Source: Fimbriosthenelais zetlandica | Lineage: Eukaryota | DNA length: 64,000 nt | Reading direction: 5' to 3' | NCBI GenBank assembly: GCA_977030845.1 | Contig: OZ365113.1 | Location: 19,034,001 to 19,098,000 of the forward strand | Part shown: positions 54,091 through 64,000 of the stretch, one piece after another | How the letters are laid out: each line of letters opens with the position of its first letter | Numbering within the stretch: position 1 is the stretch's first letter | Position numbers and translations under genes: made by a program | Notes under the pieces: model-generated | Told to the model about the DNA's origin: nothing | The model's database searches: none | What the model saw: the letters and a program-made list of their open reading frames with translations, nothing else

Positions 54091-57000
54091 AGAACTTAGA
54101 AGGAAAACGTTGGTGTGGGTGAGATGGGCATCCCCGTGCTTGGCAAACGATTAGCATAGCAGGAGATAGTGGGGGATCCCAGGTTAGATTGAACATGATG
54201 GCAAGGTCACTTGACGAGATAACTCTCGTTATATATGTTAGTGGTTCATCCTAGAGAAATGATTCAAAACGCAAAATGATTCAAAATTCAAAACTAATTA
54301 TGAGATATTGGGATAGAAGAATGAACATGAGCAGTTCAGTTGCCATCAGAAAGTAGAAAGTTTGATTGAAGAAAGCGCCGTAAATCTGAATGGTATGTCT
54401 AGAACACGGACATACAGTCTTGATTTAAAGCACCATTATGTCTTGGTATGTCGTAGAGCAATTCTCGCCAGCAAGTAAAAGTCAGATTGTAGTAGAGTTG
54501 CACATTCAGGGACGACAGCAAAAATCAAGAAAAAGCTGCCACCCTCGAGTTTCTTACTGCCCAACTTCCTGTTGTAAGAAATGTACAACTACTTGCAACA
54601 CCTGTCGGCTGGCGTACTCCATGCCTCGACAAGTCAACTTCTCTTGCACTTTTACCCTTTTTTGCCAGCCCAGTTTCGGTCTATGGCCCGGTCCCTCTCC
54701 AAAGGCTGGCAGTCTGTATTGCCCCATCATTCAGAGGAGGCGAAATAAGTCATACTAATGGAAAACCTACTTTTAATCATTTCCGTGCTTGGTAAATTAG
54801 AACGCGATGGGATAGTTTCTTTGAGTTGCATATATATAATGTACGGAGTTTTATGCTTTCCACGTTTCTGTACTCAGCATTATATGATGTGCATTTTCGA
54901 TGTTATCAAGATATATATTGCGATATCATTTTCTATATCTTAGATAGTAATTGAAGGCAATGTAAGACTGGCAGATCTTTTTGGTGATATTCTGTACAAG
55001 AGATTCGAAGGCATCAAGCCATATATCCATAGGCTGACTGGGCAAAAATGCAGACTGTTGCATTTCTCAGTGAAGGTCGTGAGTCGCCAGTTTATTGGAA
55101 TAGCAATTCATTTGAACCTTTGGTAGGTGAGAGTGATGTTCTAGGATTACTATGGATGCCCATTTAGTTACATGAGAATACTATGAGAACATTCTCCTAG
55201 TTATTACCAATATTTACTCTCAGTGAATGTGTGTATCTAGATTCCCCAAAGGCCGTTGGCAAGAGTGCTACTCTTGTTTCATCAAAGATGTTGCTAGTGT
55301 CATGTGGATACCTGATACATGTTGACTGCATACTTACAATGAAACATCATGTTTTATTGGTCAATATCCTGAAGGCAAAGGGCAGTCACATCCTAAGATG
55401 TTATCTTAGAATGTGTTCCACCTTCCCAAGTATGTATATTAATATTAGTGCTCTATTTCTTGCCTGTTTTGTGGTCTCCGAGATCAAAACTGTTGCAATT
55501 CTTTCTTAATTGGATTGTGAACGAACACGGACGACCTTGTCCCCATGCCCTTAGAGTATTACTCTAAGCCATGACAAATGAAATATAGTGAGGTGAGACA
55601 CTAGTTAGCGTTTACGGAGATTCACAGTAAAGTATCGGCTTGTTTTTTGTATCAATCATTATATGCCCTCTTGCCTGTCAGTTCATGCCTTAAATCCAGC
55701 TTTGCTGCTCTGCTGATCCTTGCCAAACCACTTGAGTTGCTTCGAAAATGGCGCCCTCCGTGCCCCAATCCTTTATTCCAGTGCCAACTTCTAGTCTTGT
55801 TGAATGTGTGGTTAGCCTTACCTTTGAACGCGTGTGTAATGTGTGTATAAGTAGTGTTATGAGAAGCATGAATGTCAGGGGGTCCTAAAACGGCGGGTTT
55901 GACCCATGGCCCCATTCCAACAGTGCTCGTGTCCTCTTGCAACAACATTTAAAAGGGATACCTCTGTTTTGGAACATGCCTCTGAGCCTACTTTTTTATC
56001 ACCTCAGTTCCTGAGTAGAATATCAAGTTTTAGAACTCGTTGCGGTGGTTTAAAATCCAGGTGCTCTATCACCCACGTCGTAAATTTTAGGGGATTGTAC
56101 TATGAGGAAGATTGTATCACTGAAAGCCTAAGGTTTCCAATATAAACCTGATATATAACAGATATATATGGCAAGTTCTACGTAATAGTGGATTATCTTT
56201 TTGTCTAGATTTTCACACAATACATATCCTCACCTGGATAGCTAGCAATTCTACTCGTATGATAAGTTGTGAGCCTCACTATTATATTAGTGGAGAGCTC
56301 GTGATAGCATGAAATCCCTATCCTTCCACATAGGATTGAGGACAATAGGTCTCAAGAATCACTACAGCCCATTTTGCAATATCGCAACATTAATTTCTGC
56401 CTTATTAAATGACATTTTCTCTGAATTATGGTTACGGTATAGTACATGTGAGTAAATTACTAGGAAATGGGACTGGCTTATCATTATACCTATTCTTCGG
56501 CCATGCTGGATATCATCGTAAAACCTTTTTTTTAGCATTTAGCCTCACCATATGATTGGCCCAGCATGGCGAACCTTTTGATACTAGCATGTGGCTAGGG
56601 GCCAGTTGTAGAACTGAGGTTGTAACTCGTGCTCATAAAGATACAAAAAAGCCAATAAAATGTGCTTTATGTCAATAGAGGAAGACATGAACTATTAGAC
56701 TACAATAAAGAACAAAACCGTGAACAGCAAAATGTTCTTTAAAGTTACTTAAAATATATAATTACATCTTTGAATGGATGTACCCCTCTAAATCTGCCTT
56801 TAGATATATTTTTCGTGAGTAATATACAATAATGTTAATGTCTGTGTACGTAGGTGTTGAACATGGCCACACGTGTGTACTAGGAGAAGAGCACTAGTTT
56901 TGACCCTGGGTCACTTTCTTTTCAATATGAAGTCTCAGCACCACTTTTTTCTCTCTTCCCACACACCGTAAACAATGCACCCCAGCGCTCTTTTCACCCC

Positions 57001-57442
57001 TGGAGGCGTGAGTTAATACTATATGAGGTTTCTTTATCTTGGCCCTTGAGGCAACATGTGCTTGTTTTCATAACCACTGTTCTTTTCACACTTTGGGTGC
57101 GTCTGGTAAAAGTCTTACTTGTTCAATCAACACCTCTACAATCTGGTATTTCATTCAGAAATTGTCTTGCTTTGAATCATGTTGCATTTGTAAAAGTTAA
57201 ATTATGACTAGCTGATGAAATCAGATAAAATAGAGGCAATTATATGCAACTGAAATTGCATGTGGGTTGGGTACAGCAATAACCCATACTTGAAATGAAA
57301 AATATTAATTCCATGATAGTAAATATTGAAGCTTTTCAATTTAGCAGTATAGAATGTTAAACCGTGTGTAGAACCCACCCACCAGTGTTTCTGCAACTTG
57401 TTGCCTCTGATCCTCCTCCTCCTCCTCCCTCTCCTCCACCTA

Positions 57443-57491
57443 CTCGTGATGTAACCTCCTATATAAAACACGAGGGTTCCATTATACCAGT
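57443..57491 (+). promoter_or_regulatory. TATA box flanked by inverted N-box-type hexamers
   Basis: CTCGTG 57443-57448, TATATAAAA 57460-57468, CACGAG 57469-57474, and CCAGT ~27-29 nt downstream of the TATA start. Confidence 0.3.
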
Positions 57492-60400
57492 GGGAGGCCC
57501 TGAGAGGCTGGAAAAAACATTCTGCTGACTATGTATAAACATAATAGTTCATCCCATCCTTAGCCTTGTATATTCCACCACCTCAATCCCAGCCACTTCC
57601 ATTGATAGCTTCAATGGTCCTCTTATAATTATCTATCTCATGAACCTTTCCAAATACTTGCCATTTCTCTGGCCCTAAATAGAGGAAATTCATTATGAGG
57701 AAGGGGCTAATTGTATCCTATTACACAAAGTAGCCTACATTGACTAAATCACCTCTCATGATTCAAGCTCACTTCAATACTGTACCCTAAGTTTATATTG
57801 CGAAACTCAAGACTGCCAAACCATCCTTAGCCAAAAACAAACTGTTTGGGTTCTTGTCTGGCATACATAGCCAGACTACACAAATTGCAAAAAGCAGGAA
57901 ACTGGGTATCCTTGTTACTTCTGGTACTCCTGCCTTACCAAGGTGATTGATTTCATTATTATGAATTCCGAAATATTAAGATCCCCAAGCTTGATGATTA
58001 AGAATGCTTAGCATTACGGTATATTAAGATTCTTGACCTTGGCGATATATATTTGGTCACACTTAAAAAGGGGGGCTTTCTGGTGGACATTTTTTCATCA
58101 TTAAGTTTATATTAGTGGGATCCAATTTTTGAAATACTTTTACTTCTCTGGGTGTTTGTAAGTCGCAGTAACTTCAATAAGAGATGAAGAACTTACGAGG
58201 TGCATACGTGGGGTTGTGTCCTTTCTCCAGCAACAAAACTATCCTGAGCAGTTTTTTATAGCTTTTTAAATGGGGCAATTTAGATAGCAGCCCAAGGTTA
58301 TAGTACATTTAACGTCGGTAGGGCAAAGTGGTAAAAAGCGAGAACAAAGATAACAACCCAATTAAGATACTATTATCTAACCTATAGCCTCAACAGAAGA
58401 GGGTTACTTATTCATCATATTTTCCATTGCCTGACATATAATTGCATTCGATTAAATAATAGTGAACTACTAGAGCTGACTTTGCTGTTATGGTATAGTC
58501 TGGTGATGGAGTGGGGAAAATCCCCGCAATTCGTCATGAAAGCTTGTAACATACGAACAAAATCTAAACAGACTTATCGACCTAGAAGGGAAAGTGGTGA
58601 ACGTGCAATGTTGGCAGCTGCACGCAATACTTTGTTTGTTTAAGGATAAAGAAATTCAGTGTAGAAATAAAAATTGAGGTCCAGTAACCTTGTATTGGTC
58701 TGACCCCCTTGTAGAATGATCATGTCAGAGAGATGGAGTACGTGTCCCCTCACAGAAAATAATACATCTCCAGAATATAACCAAGTAGCCATTGACTGTA
58801 AACATGTGTTACTGGTGCATTTTAAGTGGATCATAATTGATCATTTTAACCATCTTATGACATTTGTAGTCTGCATAACTCAAACCTTGCTTGCAGTTTC
58901 TCCTAAATTCTCAACTGAAACAATAGTGAATGCATACCGGCCACATCTTTGTTATTTTTGGCTAAATTAGCTCGTGCTGAATATTTTCAATGTACCATGT
59001 CCCCGGTACCAAGGCCGCGTGGATGAATCACTGGCGGGGACAGGAGGGCTGGTGTCAACTCACACCCATGAGCTCTGAGTCAGCTGGAGCAGCTCACCCA
59101 CTCACCCACTCACCTCTATACACTAGGAGGGATCACTAGCATTTATAGTTCTGGGGAGGGGTGATCCTACCTTTTTACACGTAGTCCCCACAAGCTTTCA
59201 TTCATCCCACGACAATGCTGAAATTTACCTCTCAAAGGCATTCGAAGGAAAGTTTGATTATCTTGATCCAGTCAAGCAGTAACAAAACTATATTTTCTAG
59301 CATAAATCCAATTACGATCAGTGTTATCTATACATACCTCTAAACTGCCTCATCCAAAAATCTTAGAGGAATTTGGCATCTTGCCCTGGGCAATATAACA
59401 ATGGTATTAATTTGTTATATATCAACACGTGTACTATACCACAGATAAATGTATAACTACCCATTTTCCTGCGTCAAGTGACTTCAGTTCCTTCTGAAAT
59501 AAGAGGAGGAAAAACTACTCTGTTTGATAACTCTGTAATGCAATTGCTTTCTCTCTGAGTCATCAGTGATATATATTTAGAAAAACTCAGACCTTAGATA
59601 CAGAGTTTAGTGAAAGTGTCAGTCCCACGATAAGATTACATTGTTTAATTAAAACTAAAGATATCTGTGGTGTGGTCCTGTCTGATCTAAAATTATCAGT
59701 GATGAATGTCCGCAGGTCTGTGAGTATGAGTATAAGCTCTACTAGGGGAAAGATTCCACTACTGAAAAAGTGGGGATTTTAGAATGAGGAAAGGAAAGTT
59801 TTGTATTAGCAAGGCTAAGCTGAATTCAAAAAGTATAAAGTAGGAAAGTAAACCTATAGGAAATAGGTAGAGGATGGATTGAATCATCAGCCTATCTTTT
59901 CCATTAGGGCCTACGTTACTTCAGAACTTTCCCTGTTGAAGCTTTCAAAATAGGTTGAGTTCTTGACATCAAAAAAGAAAGAGAAACCAAAGGAATCCCT
60001 TCACGTTGGCGTGGTTGGGAATCTGTGTGCGTGGGTTACCTGAATTTTTAAGTGAGCAAACTGGGTGAGGGTGTTGAGGTTTTGAGGCATCTTACTTGAA
60101 GTCAAAGGTGGTTTTTTGGTATAGGATGGTACTTTTTGCAGCTATGATGTAAATTCCTTTATTATTAGTCTTCGGGTCTGCGATCATCACTGGTTTCCAT
60201 ACGTATGAAAATGAAGTGAGGACATGCATGGCATGTTAACAAACTACTCGGTGTAACTTTTTTTATCAGTGGGCGTTTAGATTTGGATGAGAATGCCACA
60301 CTGACAGTGACATTGACAAATGTGACAGTACAACCCTCCCGTCACATTCCATCATTTCATCAGTCAGTCCAGAAAATTGGCTGCAACTTCTCTCCCCTCT

Positions 60401-60713
60401 ATTCTATTTCCATCTCTGAGTCGCCCAAACATGTTGATTGTTGTTTTTCCAGCAAATAGATGACCTACATATTAGTTGTGCATATTCTATAACAGGGATG
60501 AGTCCATTCTACATGTAGGCTATGTGACGTCACATTCCCAAGTTACACAAACAAAGAATTGTAGGCTTCATGACATTCTCAAGGTATAACATCTGTGAAG
60601 GGATTATCCCTGGTAGATAGGTCTGCATGCTACCTTGTAGCCTCTAACAGAGGCCTAAGCCTATAGCCTAGCTAGTCTCATTGATCAGTTCCTCTTTTTC
60701 TCCTCCGAGCTAT

Positions 60714-60957
60714 TAGGCTAGGCCTATAGGCCTAGACCTATAGTACCGGTAGGCGAAACGAAACAACAGCATGTTAGGATTATCTTCCTCCTTGAAGAAT
60801 GTTGCTCTGTAGGCCTATAGACTATTAGGAATCTATTAGAGGAAACTCCCAGAATATCCTATTTCATTTTAATCTAGGCCTGAAGAATGTCTTAGTGACA
60901 GTCCTACGGTACTTTAGTGGGCCCCTATGTGCCTATGTGGAGTACCGGGTACCGGTA
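60714..60957. repeat. Cluster of TA-flanked short palindromes (TAGGCTA, 3x TAGGCCTA, TAGACCTA, 2x TACCGGTA, TACGGTA)
   Basis: Read directly: taggctaggcctataggcctagacctatagtaccggta at 60714-60751, with further copies at 60810, 60905 and 60950. Confidence 0.85.
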
Positions 60958-61012
60958 GGTTAGGCCCTATATTTTGGTTTGTCCTTGAACAGAAAAATTG
61001 AAACTCTTCAAA

Positions 61013-61039
61013 TGTTAACCTATTTTTCTTTATTTCCAG
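61013..61039 (+). promoter_or_regulatory. 3' splice acceptor of the ATXN1 exon with branch-point-like TTAAC
   Basis: tgttaacc at 61013-61020 is followed by a T-rich tract and CAG (AG at 61038-61039). The reading frame downstream becomes protein-like. Confidence 0.8.
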
Positions 61040-62883
61040 GCCCTGAGTCTCTGCTGTCCCCTGACGCAGGCCTAGTGACGTCCCCAACCAATGAGTCACA
61101 TCGCTATGTCCACGATTCTGAGTTATCCTGGAAATCAGAATGTGTGTCACCTTCTTCCAAACTGCCTTTGCTTAGGTACCATTCCCACCAACAGACCTTG
61201 GCTGCACGTCAACGTGAGAAAGACAAACTTCTAGCGCGTTCAGCGCTCCATGTTGCTAATGCTGCGTCACTGAAGGCAGACGGGTCGTCTACGTCGTCGA
61301 CAACCTCGCCGTTGTCCACGTCGTCGTCGTCACGTGACCTTCAGGAACGCGCCATCCCCAACGCCACAAGCATCAGCAACAGTGGCGGGTGTCAGACTGG
61401 TGGAGGACCCCTTGCCGTGAGTCAACTGAGAGAGAATAGTAATGGTGTACACTTGGACAGGCGGATGAATGTAAATGGGTTAGATAGAAGTGCTATGACA
61501 GGTAGCAGTAGCACAACAAGTGAGAATCTAACATGGCTTGCTGCCGTGACCTCGAGTCAGGCTCAAACTGGGCAAAGGCCCATACCTGGAATCCTTAGCA
61601 GCCTCCCTCCTCCGGTGGGTCCCTCTAGTGGCGGGTCCTCTCATCACGAGCACCATCCTATGTTGTCAGGGGTACAGGGATCAGGTCTGAACAGCCTGTT
61701 CCGCCCACCCCTCTCCCTGGCTGCTGATCCAGGACAGAGGCTCTTCTCTACAAATCAGTATGCACCAATTTACACGACAACAACTACCACATTGGCTCCT
61801 TTCTCACCCACAATCTACAGTGGGACTTCATTGTCACCGTACAGCGCTTTCTATCCCCATTACCCTCCGGGCTACAACAGTGCACTGCTTCCTAACTATG
61901 CCCATTTAGACCAGTCCTACTCAGCTGCACTGGCGAATATGGGCAGCCAAGTCCAACATCATGTTCCACAATCACAGCTCTCTCGGACGTTCTTACCAGG
62001 TCACCTTTCTCAGTACCCTTCTCTCACACCAACAAATTCCCCGGGGCAAAGATCTCTGACCCCCTCAGCATTGTCTTCTTCCCAAGGTCCAGGCCCTCAT
62101 CCTTTGAGTGACCCTCATAGACAAGACACTAAGTCCCCCCACAAATCGGAGTCCAGACATAGCGACCTGGCTCCTCGCCGGACTTTGTCCCCGTCTCGAG
62201 AATCCAAGCACAGTCTCCTTCCTGGTAGTCTGGGAGTAGCCCACCACTCAATGATGCACCCAAAACATGGACAGTCTATAATGAAGGACCCGTCATTACA
62301 TGATCCCAAAGCTTCCATGATCGCGGGCAAAGAAGGAAGCCGGAAGCACAGGATACTGGAACGCACACCAGATCCAGACTTTATTGAGCCGAAGCATTTA
62401 CCATACAAATCCAGTTCATTGTATCCCGACGAACCGTCCTCTAAACGTTCGAAGGTTGGTATTGGACTTCCACCACCTCTACATCCTTCTCATCACCCGT
62501 CGTCTCATTACCCTCCCCATCACACCTCTCATCATCACCATCATCATCATCCTCATCATCCTCATCATCATCATCACGGTGCAGAGAGACTGAGAGCGGG
62601 CAGTCCAGGTGGTCATCTACGTCCACCTCCACCTCTTCACCCAGCAGGCTACCCACCTTCCTCACATCTCCACTACCCAGCTCACTTCATGCGCGGGTCA
62701 ATCATCCAACTTGCCAATGGGGACCTCAAACGGGTGGAGGACCTGCGCACAGATGACTTTGTAAACTCAGCAGATGTGAGTGGGGACCTTAAAATAGACT
62801 CCAGCACTGTAGTGCGCATTGAGGAGAACATGGAAAGGGGAACAGCCCTCTTAGGCTTCTCAGTGGGAGAGCACAGGGTGCAG
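61040..62883 (+). CDS. ATXN1: Ataxin-1 family (AXH-domain) gene, large internal coding exon (5' phase 1, 3' phase 0); partial CDS, other exons not securely located
   Basis: It lies in the 664-codon ORF 60979-62973, by far the longest in the window. The C-terminal part FMRGSIIQLANGDLKRVEDLRTDDFVNSADVSGDLKIDSSTVVRIEENMERGTALLGFSVGEHRVQ matches the human ATXN1 AXH N-half as recalled (44/66 identical by manual count). Boundaries: polypyrimidine acceptor tatttttctttatttccag ending 61039 and donor CAG|GTAAGC at 62884. The first 20 codons of the ORF track (MSLNRK...FP) are intron sequence. Confidence 0.93.
62530..62577 (+). repeat. Coding (CAT/CAC)n trinucleotide repeat encoding HHHHHHHPHHPHHHHH
   Basis: catcatcaccatcatcatcatcctcatcatcctcatcatcatcatcac in the ATXN1 frame: 14 His in 16 codons. 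Confidence 0.95.
62674..62883 (+). other. AXH domain, N-terminal half (YPAHFMRGSIIQLANG...GEHRVQ)
   Basis: Direct translation. The motif is diagnostic for ataxin-1/HBP1 AXH. The second half (GQGWSS...VGDVCISL-type sequence) is not encoded anywhere in 62884-64000. Confidence 0.93.
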
Positions 62884-62889
62884 GTAAGC
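62884..62889 (+). promoter_or_regulatory. 5' splice donor (CAG|GTAAGC), phase 0, inside the AXH domain
   Basis: Near-perfect donor consensus directly after GEHRVQ. As recalled, human ATXN1 has its last intron at the equivalent GEHRAQ|VSVE position. Confidence 0.85.
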
Positions 62890-64000
62890 TATGAACATCC
62901 TTTTGATTTTGAATGTAACATGAACACACCCACCACCCCCTGCTCCAAAGAGTATAAAGAACCAGAACAATGATTTTAATGTTCAGAAGCCCATCAACTC
63001 TAGTTTGTATTCAGTCCACTACTGACTGTTCACTATCCCCCATATTAACCTGCTCCCCAAGGGGTTGGCATTTGATTTGTGTGAATACTAAATGGCATGT
63101 GATTATGCTCCCCAACTCACAGCCTGTAGAGTGACAAATTACGAAGCGTTCAGTGTGTCCACTTTGGGGCTCCTGTAAAATCATAGTAAGAAAATGCCAT
63201 TGCTTTCTAACTAACCTCCCCAGTTTGTATGGGTTAGGGATCATTTAGTGAGTAGAATCATTGATGGAATTGTTGACCATTAAAAGACCTATCAGTACTG
63301 ATGTAAACAGCCGAATATGGACGATTAGTGGTATACATGTACTAGTAATTCCATCAATGTTCTATTCAGTTCTACTCAATATTGCCCTTACCATTAGCAA
63401 TGACCTCTCCATGGATCTCAATAGCCAGGGTCAAGGTACAGAATATATTCCTCCCCTCACTCGATCCCATAATCAATAACGTGCCAAAACAGCAACAAAG
63501 AGCGTAATGTTCACCCCACTCTTGAAGTAATACCTGATGTGGGTGCTTTGATAATCCAGCAGAACAGGACTAAAATTTCCCCCAGGACTATTTAGGCCTT
63601 AGTAACTAGTGATGGGTCTACATATTGGGTTGATGACCTCAGGCCTAGCACACCCTATAACTCAAATCCCTGCTGGTAACATAGGAGGGACATAAAATCA
63701 GATCGTAAAATGCATTGCTTGATAGAGCAATTCATTGCTGCTGGCTCCCGAAGGATATAAAACTATTGTATGGGGAAACAACTATTGCTTACTCCACAAG
63801 GTTCATTGGTGGCCAGTTGGACAATAGTGAAAGCCCCATGAGTGCAGTTGGTCTCTATTGTCTCTAATGTCAGAGTAGAGCATTAATGACATGTCAGGCC
63901 AGTGCATGTGTCACGACATTGCCTAACCCCATAAATGCCTATATAGGATTCCACTAAATCCCTGCTCTACGTGCTTTATACCTATAACACTGCATGCTCA

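Noticed and set aside
55000-56150. GC-richer stretch with VYIG and KLDLR words on the - strand (Penelope/RT idea)
   Set aside because: The words are in different frames with frequent stops and no surrounding motif context.
2868-59090. About 20 CAGCTG E-boxes and about 10 GTGGGAA RBPJ-like sites
   Set aside because: Only about twofold above rough expectation and explained by the GC-rich islands.
59548-59566. CTGATGA…GAAA hammerhead-like core on the - strand
   Set aside because: Stem II cannot close (C opposite A) and no stems I/III with a cleavage triplet were found. Other CTGATGA words in the window also fail.
60979-61039. First 20 codons of the 664-aa ORF (MSLNRKIETLQMLTYFSLFP)
   Set aside because: Non-ATG start in the ORF track; the sequence is the branch-point and polypyrimidine tract of the intron.
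61091-61234. 47-codon out-of-frame ATG ORF near the exon start (Alt-ATXN1-like idea)
   Set aside because: Much shorter than human Alt-ATXN1 as recalled, no similarity, and within the length expected by chance.
62065-62665. Antisense and alternate-frame ORFs over the ATXN1 exon (60-97 aa)
   Set aside because: Shadows of a GC-rich coding exon and of the CAT repeat; no independent signal.

Overview
This is gene-poor, roughly 40% GC (estimated by eye) animal genomic DNA, most likely from an invertebrate bilaterian. Only one coding feature is secure: a large internal exon (61040-62883, + strand) of an ataxin-1 family gene (ATXN1/Atx-1), with a long low-complexity region, a His-rich tract and the first half of an AXH domain. 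The preceding ~61 kb has no recognisable coding exon, RNA gene or intact transposon, and is most simply read as upstream or 5' intronic sequence of this gene. It contains several CpG-rich promoter-like modules (best: CTCF+ETS+E-box+CCAAT at ~54 kb), strand-skewed GC-rich islands, short duplications and decayed repeat fragments. Three observations stand out. (1) In-frame read-through of the intron after the AXH half-exon encodes V-S-Y-E-H-P-F...P-C-S-K, echoing the missing second half of AXH. (2) TA-flanked palindromes (TAGGCCTA, TACATGTA, TACCGGTA) are strongly over-represented, with a nested cluster just upstream of the exon, resembling DNA-transposon excision footprints. (3) The exon needs an upstream phase-1 coding exon, possibly up to 50 kb away. 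I found no clear evidence of a complete novel multi-gene system. All homology statements come from memory of the families, not from searches.
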